Assembly (NCBI GenBank): GCA_036153975.1
Contig: JAYZLU010000028.1
Location: 1-30,403 of the forward strand
Direction: 5' to 3'
DNA length: 30,403 bases
Source of the DNA: Thermoplasmatota archaeon
GTDB taxonomy: Archaea > Thermoplasmatota > Poseidoniia > Poseidoniales > Thalassarchaeaceae
Shown: one piece after another, positions 7,752 to 15,500 of the stretch
Layout: each line of letters begins with the position of its first letter
Numbering within the stretch: the first letter of the stretch is position 1
The notes under the pieces: generated by a model
Seen by the model: the letters and a program-made list of their open reading frames with translations, nothing else
Databases searched by the model: none
Told to the model about the DNA's origin: nothing
Program-made: the position numbers and the translations under genes

Positions 7752-9830
7752 ATGCGCGTGGATACTGCAGAACAGTTTTCAAACAAGCAGAAGCAGATTT
7801 CCATAAGCGAGTTCTTCGAGAAGAACAAGCACTACCTCGGCTTCGATACCCTGCAGAGATCCATCATCACAGCCGTGAAAGAGGCAGTAGACAACTCCCT
7901 AGATGCCTGCGAGGAAGCACGTATTCTCCCCGATATCAGAGTCGAGATCAGTCGTCTGAAAGGTGACCGGATCGAGCTAATTGCTCAAGACAACGGACCA
8001 GGGATTCCTCGGGACGACATCGAGAACGTATTTGGCAAGTTCCTGCTAGGCTCACGCTTCCACGCCATTCGTCAGACCAGGGGACAGCAGGGCATTGGAA
8101 TCACTGGAGTCGTGATGTACAGCCAATTGACCGCCGGTGTCAAGACTCACGTCGTCTCGAAGATTAGGAGTGACTCCTCTGCGGTGTATGTCGATCTAGG
8201 CATCGACACGAGGAAGAATAGAGCTACTAAATCTGGGGAGCGTCGTGACCTATGGCTTGACGATCGTACAGGTGAGCCCATATCGCATGGCCTTAGAATA
8301 AGGACAGAGATGAGATCGAAGTACCAGCGTGGCCGTCAGTCCGTTCACCAGTACCTTAGAATGACGTCCATTGTGAATCCACACGCCAGCATCTCGCTAG
8401 TGGTCCGCGACAGGAACGGCGAGATCATCGAACAAGGGGATTGGGCAAGGACCGCCGAGAAGCTCCCCCGGGAGGTCAGTGAAATCAAGCCTCATCCTCA
8501 TGGAATCCATCTTGGTTCGCTCCAGAGGCTACTCCGTGAGGCAGAGGAGCGGAAGATGACCTCGTTCCTGCGGCACAATTTCTCAGGTGTGAGCATGCGC
8601 GCCGCCCGTGAAATCCTCGCAGCTGCGGGCATCGCTGAGGGAAGGACGCCCAAACGAATCAGGTCCGAGGAGGCTCAAGAGATGGTCTCGGCCTTCCAGA
8701 AGATCAAACTGCTCGCCCCCCCGACCGATTGCCTCTCTCCTATTGAGGACCTGCTAATCAAGAAGGGGCTCTCAAAGGCCATCGACTCTCAATTTGCTTC
8801 CACCGTCACACGCGATCCCAAGGTAACTCAGGGCAATCCATTTCAGATCGAAGTCGGTCTAGTGTTTGGTGGAAATCTCAACGCTGAGGGCCCCATTGAG
8901 GTTCTAAGATTCGCAAATCGTGTCCCGCTGATGTACCAACGGGGCGGATGCCTACTCACCAAAGCCCTAGAGGCGGTCGATTGGAAGCGATACGGGTTGG
9001 ATCAGCCAGGCGGCCGCGGCATCCCAAAGGGGCCCGCTGCAGTACTCGTTCACCTTGCCTCCACAAACGTCCAGTTCACAAGCGAGGCAAAGGAGGCCGT
9101 GGCGGACAACGAGGAGGTATTCGAGGAGATTCGCCTGGCAATGCTGGAGGTAGGCAGGGGCCTGAAGAATCACCTTAAGAAGAGCTCCCAGAGGAAGAAG
9201 GCTCGCGAGAAGTTCGAACTAATCAACATCATTCTTCCCGAGATTTCCAAGAAGTCTTCACAGCTGCTGTCGAGGGAGGAGCCAAACCTAGCTCCAGTGA
9301 TTACGAAAATCATGGACGCTGTGTTCTGCGAAGAAGAGCTCAATTGGGACGACGAACGCGAACTAGCCACCTGCTCCATCACTGTCTTCAACTACACCGC
9401 CAGAGCGCGTGCGTACACGATTCTCGCAAAGTGGCCAGAAGGCGATGACATTCGAATAGCCGTGAACGCACTGGGAGGAAGGAAAGAGGCTAGGGGATTA
9501 TGGGCATGGAGGCTGGACACCTTGAATCCCGGTTCATCAACGACAATTCACTTCGGCGTCTCTGGCCTTACCAAGGGAGAATGGACTGAGACCGACATCT
9601 TCTACAGAGGGAATGGAGAGATTATAGGAGCGTCGAAGATCGACGAGAGTCTGCTTGAGGAGTTACGCAATACGGAGGCGCTAGCTGCTGCCGAGTTAGA
9701 GTTGGAGCAACCAACAGAGTCGATGGATCGCTTGAGCGACAGGGCCGAGCAGAATACCTCCGACCCCACGCCAATTCCTGACGAGGGAATGCAACTCACC
9801 CTCTCCGAGAGTTACGAGGCAGAAGAATGA
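7752..9830 (+). CDS. top6B: DNA topoisomerase VI subunit B
   Basis: ISISEFFEKN, GHKL motifs EAVDNSLDA, DNGPGIP, RGQQGIGIT; H2TH; LRFANRVPL transducer; C-terminal beta-rich domain and acidic tail. Start at ATG 7752 after GGTGGAGG. Confidence 0.97.
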   Translation: MRVDTAEQFSNKQKQISISEFFEKNKHYLGFDTLQRSIITAVKEAVDNSLDACEEARILPDIRVEISRLKGDRIELIAQDNGPGIPRDDIENVFGKFLLGSRFHAIRQTRGQQGIGITGVVMYSQLTAGVKTHVVSKIRSDSSAVYVDLGIDTRKNRATKSGERRDLWLDDRTGEPISHGLRIRTEMRSKYQRGRQSVHQYLRMTSIVNPHASISLVVRDRNGEIIEQGDWARTAEKLPREVSEIKPHPHGIHLGSLQRLLREAEERKMTSFLRHNFSGVSMRAAREILAAAGIAEGRTPKRIRSEEAQEMVSAFQKIKLLAPPTDCLSPIEDLLIKKGLSKAIDSQFASTVTRDPKVTQGNPFQIEVGLVFGGNLNAEGPIEVLRFANRVPLMYQRGGCLLTKALEAVDWKRYGLDQPGGRGIPKGPAAVLVHLASTNVQFTSEAKEAVADNEEVFEEIRLAMLEVGRGLKNHLKKSSQRKKAREKFELINIILPEISKKSSQLLSREEPNLAPVITKIMDAVFCEEELNWDDERELATCSITVFNYTARARAYTILAKWPEGDDIRIAVNALGGRKEARGLWAWRLDTLNPGSSTTIHFGVSGLTKGEWTETDIFYRGNGEIIGASKIDESLLEELRNTEALAAAELELEQPTESMDRLSDRAEQNTSDPTPIPDEGMQLTLSESYEAEE

Positions 9831-10933
9831 CTCTCAACAAGCAGAAATCGAAGGATGAAGTAATCGAAGCCTTGCATGGCGTTGCATCGGAGATGCACGA
9901 CAGGATGACGAGGGGGGACCCTCCGAGAATGACGCTCCCGGTGCGATCGAAGAGCAACATCAGCTTCGACAAGAGGCTCGGTGTGTACAAGTACGGAAAG
10001 AAGAGGACTGTGAGAGACGCCACTGCCCTCGGTTCTGCGAGACAACTGCTGAGAGCGCTGCACATTACCGAGTTCGTCGAGACCATGATCACCGATGGCA
10101 AGACCTCCACACTGAGGGAGATGTACTACATCTCGGAGGGCTGGGGGCATGGCAAGTTCTCGACCCAAAACGAGAGCAACAACCTTGCCGAGGACCTTGA
10201 GATAGTCACCAAGTGCCTGAGGGAGGACTTCGGCCTCAGGCCAGAGGAGGATGGTGCGAGGATCATTGGCAACGTAACCTTCGAGGAGAGGAACCGCAAG
10301 GGCGATTGGATGCGCATCAACTGCCGTGACGACGTCGGCGACTCTGGTTATGGGGTGCCCTACAACGTCGAGTCGGAGAAACTGAGTCTCATCGAAGAGG
10401 ATGTCGACTTCGTGATGGCGATCGAGACAGGTGGGATGTTCGACAGGCTCGTCGAGAACGGCTTCGACGAGGAGGCACGGTGCGCTCTCGTGCATCTAAA
10501 AGGCCAGCCAGCGCGTTCCACACGACGCATCATGAGGCGCATGAGCGAGGAGTGGAGCAAACCCATCCTAGTATTCACCGACTGCGACCCGTGGTCCTTC
10601 AGAATTTTCGCTAGCATCGCCTACGGCGCCATCAAGACAGCGCACATCTCGGAGTACCTCGCCACCAAGGAAGCGACCTATCTGGGAATTACTGCAGACG
10701 ACATCCTAGCCTATGACCTGCCTAGCGACGAGCTCTCCAAGCAGGACTCAAACGCACTTTCCGCGGAGCTCAGCGATCCTCGCTTCTCGACGGTGTGGTG
10801 GCAGGAGCAGATTCACCTCATGCAGGAGATCGGCAAGAAGGCCGAGCAGCAGTCGCTGGCTAAGTACGGTCTCGACTTCGTGACTGACACCTACCTTCCT
10901 GAGAAGCTCTCCGCCATGGGACTTGGATACTGA
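9827..10933 (+). CDS. top6A: DNA topoisomerase VI subunit A
   Basis: STLREMYY (catalytic Tyr region), TOPRIM IETGGMF...KGQP...DCDPWS, KAEQQSL. ATGA overlap with the top6B stop. Confidence 0.97.
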   Translation: MTLNKQKSKDEVIEALHGVASEMHDRMTRGDPPRMTLPVRSKSNISFDKRLGVYKYGKKRTVRDATALGSARQLLRALHITEFVETMITDGKTSTLREMYYISEGWGHGKFSTQNESNNLAEDLEIVTKCLREDFGLRPEEDGARIIGNVTFEERNRKGDWMRINCRDDVGDSGYGVPYNVESEKLSLIEEDVDFVMAIETGGMFDRLVENGFDEEARCALVHLKGQPARSTRRIMRRMSEEWSKPILVFTDCDPWSFRIFASIAYGAIKTAHISEYLATKEATYLGITADDILAYDLPSDELSKQDSNALSAELSDPRFSTVWWQEQIHLMQEIGKKAEQQSLAKYGLDFVTDTYLPEKLSAMGLGY

Positions 10934-10971
10934 TTACGAAGCCTGATAGATGGCTGGCTTCAGGCGGTGCT

Positions 10972-11730
10972 GTGACTAGCAAGAGGAGGCGTTGGGCCCG
11001 TTGGACCACTGGCTCCTCGTTGCTGCTACTCGTGCTGGCCGTTGTCTCCTTGGTCCAAGTGTACCCCCTCCTAGTCAGCACCTTCGACCCAGAGTCCAAC
11101 TACGTGGTCAAGATAGAACCAGAGGAGGAAAAGGGATTCTCGCTGGAGGGACCGACTGTGCTGACGGCTCTCCGAGTGACCGACGGGGACACTCCCACGG
11201 CGGAACTGAGGTTGATCGACCAGAGCGGAAACGAAATCATCGGCAGAGCCCCCGGATTCTTGGACTCCGACCGTCCAGGATCCGACAGCGAGACGTTCTA
11301 TGCCCCAGTCAGGATTTTCGACGTAATCGGGTCGGGTACTTACACCCTGCATAACGACGCCGAGGAATTGCATCTTTGGCTGGTGGACGACGGGGACCTA
11401 GCGGCCCAGATCGACGGCAATCCATGGTTGTATTTGTTCTACATTGGGTGCTGCCTAGGCCTTCCGCTGGGCCTGATCGGCTTGGTCCTCGCTGTCATGG
11501 TGTGGAGCGACAAGCGCAAGGCGCCCGACCAGTACGTCGTAATCCAGGACGGTAGCGTCATCTTGACCGACGTGGACAGCATACAGACTATGCAGGCCCA
11601 GGAGGGGAGCGTCATCGAGACCGGGGTCGTTGGTGGCGTTCCAGGTCCCTTCATCGGCGAGGAGTCATCGGTCCAGGAGGCGAAGGTTGAGGGAGCCGAG
11701 CAGGAATGGAAGAAGTGGGACGAAGGCTGA
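10972..11730 (+). CDS. Hypothetical membrane protein (N-terminal TM or signal anchor, extracytoplasmic domain, second TM, acidic tail)
   Basis: GTG start. Hydrophobic SSLLLLVLAVVSLVQVYPLLV and WLYLFYIGCCLGLPLGLIGLVLAVMVW. GC-rich coding-like codon usage. Confidence 0.75.
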   Translation: MTSKRRRWARWTTGSSLLLLVLAVVSLVQVYPLLVSTFDPESNYVVKIEPEEEKGFSLEGPTVLTALRVTDGDTPTAELRLIDQSGNEIIGRAPGFLDSDRPGSDSETFYAPVRIFDVIGSGTYTLHNDAEELHLWLVDDGDLAAQIDGNPWLYLFYIGCCLGLPLGLIGLVLAVMVWSDKRKAPDQYVVIQDGSVILTDVDSIQTMQAQEGSVIETGVVGGVPGPFIGEESSVQEAKVEGAEQEWKKWDEG

Positions 11731-11769
11731 AAGCGATACTGTAGGTTATCCGCAACCGAGCCAATTGGG

Positions 11770-11806
11770 TTTTTAGAGGACTCTGACTACCCAACCTCGG
11801 GTTGGG
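11770..11806 (+). promoter_or_regulatory. Candidate promoter (TTTTTA 11770-11775) with operator-like palindrome CCCAACC-TCG-GGTTGGG (11790-11806)
   Basis: Perfect 7-bp inverted repeat ending 6 nt before the ArsR-family ATG and spanning the expected start site. Confidence 0.55.
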
Positions 11807-11812
11807 AAGTCG

Positions 11813-12550
11813 ATGGTCGGGTTCGACGAGTCTCTGAGCATACTCGAGAATACTACCAGAAGGAAGATTCTGAGGTGCCTCGTCAAGGAGCCCCACTACC
11901 CCCTGCAACTCTCTGAGTTGCTTGACGTAAGCCAACAAGCGGTCGTGAAGCACCTCAGGGTGCTCGAGGGCGCTGGCTTCGTGGACTCCGAGATGACGAA
12001 ATCCAACAAGGGTGGGCCCCCGAAGAAGGTCTACAGGGTAAACCAGTCATTCTCGATTCGCCTAGACCTAGGGCCAGACCTGTTTCGAGCCGAGCACAGG
12101 AAGATGCCGAAGGGAGGCGCGATTAGGCTCTCTGGTAGGCTCCCTAGTGAACTGGACAGCGTTGTCGAGAGGATTGGGACACGCAGGCGGCTACCGATGG
12201 TTGATGCGATGAGTATCCTATCAGGCCTAGATGCTGCTTTGGAGCGAATCGATGAGCAGCGAGATGCCATAATCGCGCTTCACCAGCAAGTGATGCACAA
12301 GGTCTCGCCCAGCGTTGAAGAGCATTCCGAATCCTATGAGGAAAGGCAGCTCGCACACGCGATGATGAGCCACCCGAGGAGACCCCTCGACCTCGATGCG
12401 TTCTCCAACGGACTGCGAATCCAGTCCATGCACGCTGAGAAAATGATGGACAGCCTGCGAAATCGTCTCATGAGGGACTTCGCAGCCACTCGGGGAACCT
12501 TCGTCGCTGCCAAGGAGAGTACTCCCCTACCTTGGTGGATGGCTCGATAA
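11813..12550 (+). CDS. ArsR-family winged-HTH transcriptional regulator (archaeal COG1777-like) with C-terminal helical region
   Basis: LENTTRRKILRCL...YPLQLSELLDVSQQAVVKHLRVLEGAGFV...GGPPKKVY wHTH signature. Confidence 0.88.
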   Translation: MVGFDESLSILENTTRRKILRCLVKEPHYPLQLSELLDVSQQAVVKHLRVLEGAGFVDSEMTKSNKGGPPKKVYRVNQSFSIRLDLGPDLFRAEHRKMPKGGAIRLSGRLPSELDSVVERIGTRRRLPMVDAMSILSGLDAALERIDEQRDAIIALHQQVMHKVSPSVEEHSESYEERQLAHAMMSHPRRPLDLDAFSNGLRIQSMHAEKMMDSLRNRLMRDFAATRGTFVAAKESTPLPWWMAR

Positions 12551-15500
12551 TCAGAAGCGCAGGTCGTCGTCTTCCATCCCTGGGAGCAGGCTGCTCAACT
12601 CGGCAAACCTGCTAAGTGCGGCGATTCTCCTGCCATAGATGACGTATCCGGAGACGCCAATCAGGGAGAAAGTTGCCCCGAGGATGATTACTGGGACAGA
12701 GTACTTGGCAATCACATCGACGCCGACATCGACAACACCGAGCGTCGAGCTCATCTTTCCACCGGGGATTCTGCGTATGTTGTTCGTCTCGTCCGTCTCG
12801 ACTATGACATTGTCAGGATCGACGACGACTACGATATCATGGTTACCGGCTTGGACCATGTACAGAAGGGTAATCGAGTTGGGTTCCTCCGTATCGTCCT
12901 CGGCTATCGGCATTATCGCCTTAACAATCTGCCTGTAGACGATGTTGATCTCCTCGCAGCCGTTCCTCTTGATGTCGGTCTCTGACTGGTCCTTGCAAAG
13001 AATGATGTTTACGTCGGTCGCATGCGCATTGCCACGGTTGACAACCTTCACGCTGACCGAAAGCATCTCACCAATCTCACCCTTGGTCTTGGCCGCCTCG
13101 ACTTCTATGATCTCTAGGTCCGGGGCCCTTAGCCGTAGTTCGAGTATCTGCTCGTTGGTGTCGCACGCGGGTGGGTAGTTGTCAGGCAGGCCGTCCTTAT
13201 TTGCATCGAGGGTACACGAGTCATCCCATATCGGCGTCTCGTCGTGGTCACCTCCGACCTCCGAGGAACCAAACATCGATTTCGTCTTGATGCCGATGAA
13301 TCGATCTTGGAGGGCGGCGTCGGGGGCTATGGTGACTATCACAACGACCTGGAACGTCGTGTAGGGCTCCATCATGGGGAGCGTCACGGTGAGGCCGGGA
13401 GTGACGAAGCACTCTCCTTCAGGAGGAGCCTCGCCCACGATTATCTCGACGCATGGCTTCTCTCTGGGATATTCAGTCCTGAAGCCTTCGAGCAATGCGA
13501 AGTCGATACGCCATGTGCTCAGGGCGTACATCCCCGGGGAAACGCCCCAAACACCCGCAACATCGACAGTGTGGTTGTGAAGCGTCGGTTGATCGGGGAT
13601 GTTGCCGTGGTTGGTGACGTTGACGGTGAATCTGACAATCCTGCTTGGAGCTGTGGTCTTGATCTTGCTCTCCACGGCTGGGTCGAGAGAGATTCTCATG
13701 TCGTGGAACTCCACGATGGTAATGCGCAGAACAAGATTGTCCTGAAGCCTCGTGCCCTCGAACGGTTCCTCGCTGAGTACGTTGAAGGTGATGGTATACT
13801 GGCCGGCTAGCGTCTGCTCGGGGACGTTCACGAGGATTGGCACGGTCTGGGACTCGTCCCTGTCCAACTCCTGGAAGAGGATTCGGGGGATATTCATGTC
13901 CCAGACGTGCGAGCCGCCGCTCGCATCAACGATGGAGGCTATCGAGATGTCATATCGATCGGGTCCATTACCAAGGTTTTCAATCGTCGTGTCCATTTGG
14001 TACGACTGGCCGGGGTAGAGTTCCAGGATGGTGTTGGGTATCGCAGCCTCGAGTTCGTACCTCTGCACGACGTTCGTGAGGATGACCACGGAGTCGCGGA
14101 CTTTCGGGGATCCGTCGAGGTGCGCCCGCACAGTGATGGACTCTCCTATGCCGGCTGTGGAGTTGTAGGGAGCACACATCTCCGCTGTGACGGTATAAGG
14201 GGTGTCGATCTGGGCCCAGTACCTTGGTGCTTTGTCAGGTATGGAATTGCCTCCAGGGGCCTCGGAGAAGTCGAGGTCGACGGTCCAGTGGTTGAATTGC
14301 CAGGTCAGAAGGTCAAAGCTCTCTGGCTTCTCCTCGGGAGCGCCGGGGGTGGTGAACACAATGTGCCCGGGAGTGAAATGCTTGGTAACTTCGATAGCGA
14401 AGTAAGCGCATTCGCCAGGCAGAACATACTGCTTGGTGTCACCAATCTGGAAGACGATGTTGCCCGTGGTACGGATTGAGACGTTGATCCACAACTCCAA
14501 GACATCGAATGTGCCTCTGTCTATGGACAGCACCGGCTCTCCCGTCGACCAACCTTTGAGGTAGATGACGAAGGTCCCCGGGTCCTGCGACTCCGGAACA
14601 CTGACCTTGAGGTTCTTGGTTGTCGACTGACCTGGGTCTAGGGAGAGTGATGTTGGGAAATCGATGCCCCATCCAAAGGGCAGGGCCCACTCATTCTGGC
14701 CTTCTAGGGTAGAGGGGTCGTAGAAGGCGAATGTATCGTAGACGTTGCCGGTGTTCTTGATGGTGATTGAGAACACCGCCGACTTCCCCTGCTCTACATC
14801 CACTTGGGAGTGACTGGTGTCTAATTCTATACCGTGAACCACGTCCATCAGAGTCAGTAGTAGTTGCTGGTTGCGAATCGCGGGGTCCTTGTGGGACGTT
14901 GCCAATATCGTGATTTGCGCCAGTTCGTCCTGTTTGGCCTGATATATCGTAGGAGCTCTGATTCTGATGTAAAGCGGCACCACCTCGCCTCCCTCTAGGA
15001 AAACTGGGGTCGAATCGAAGACGGGTGTGTTGTTAGTCGCGAAGAACAGTGTGGCCGTCCAGTTGTTCGGGACGCCATCGACGGTGACCGTGAAGGTGTC
15101 CTTAACGAGTTCTGCGGGGCCGGGAGTCGGGTTGGCAATGGTCATGTTGAACGTCGTCAAATCGCCGGGTTGGATGGTGTGGTAGAACGTCTCGGCATCT
15201 ATTGGGCAGTCGTAAGGGTAGCCCAAGAGGTTCGGGTTGCCTTGTACCTTGTCATCACAGGCGAGGGAGACATCTACTAAGCCCGTTAGAACGTGGACGT
15301 AGCAGAGTGTGTACCTGTTCGAATTGTGGTCTTCGTTGCACTTGTTGGTGTCGGACCAGCCCAAGTGAGCGCCGCTACCCAAATCGTTAGCGAATGCAGG
15401 AGGCATGCCATAGTCGGGAGAAGCCGGGGAGTTCGGTCCTAGCTTGTCTGACTGCCACAAAGTTACAGGTACCTTCTGCCAAGGATCGAAGATCGCCGAG

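Noticed and set aside
9330-9830. Top6B C-terminal extension as a novel domain
   Set aside because: An Ig-like C-terminal domain is already known in Methanosarcina-type Top6B; the acidic tail is probably disordered.
10938-10965. Small alternative hairpins after top6A (GAAGCC/GGCTTC, GCCTGA/TCAGGC)
   Set aside because: Only 6-bp stems with long loops and no U-tract; expected by chance at this GC.
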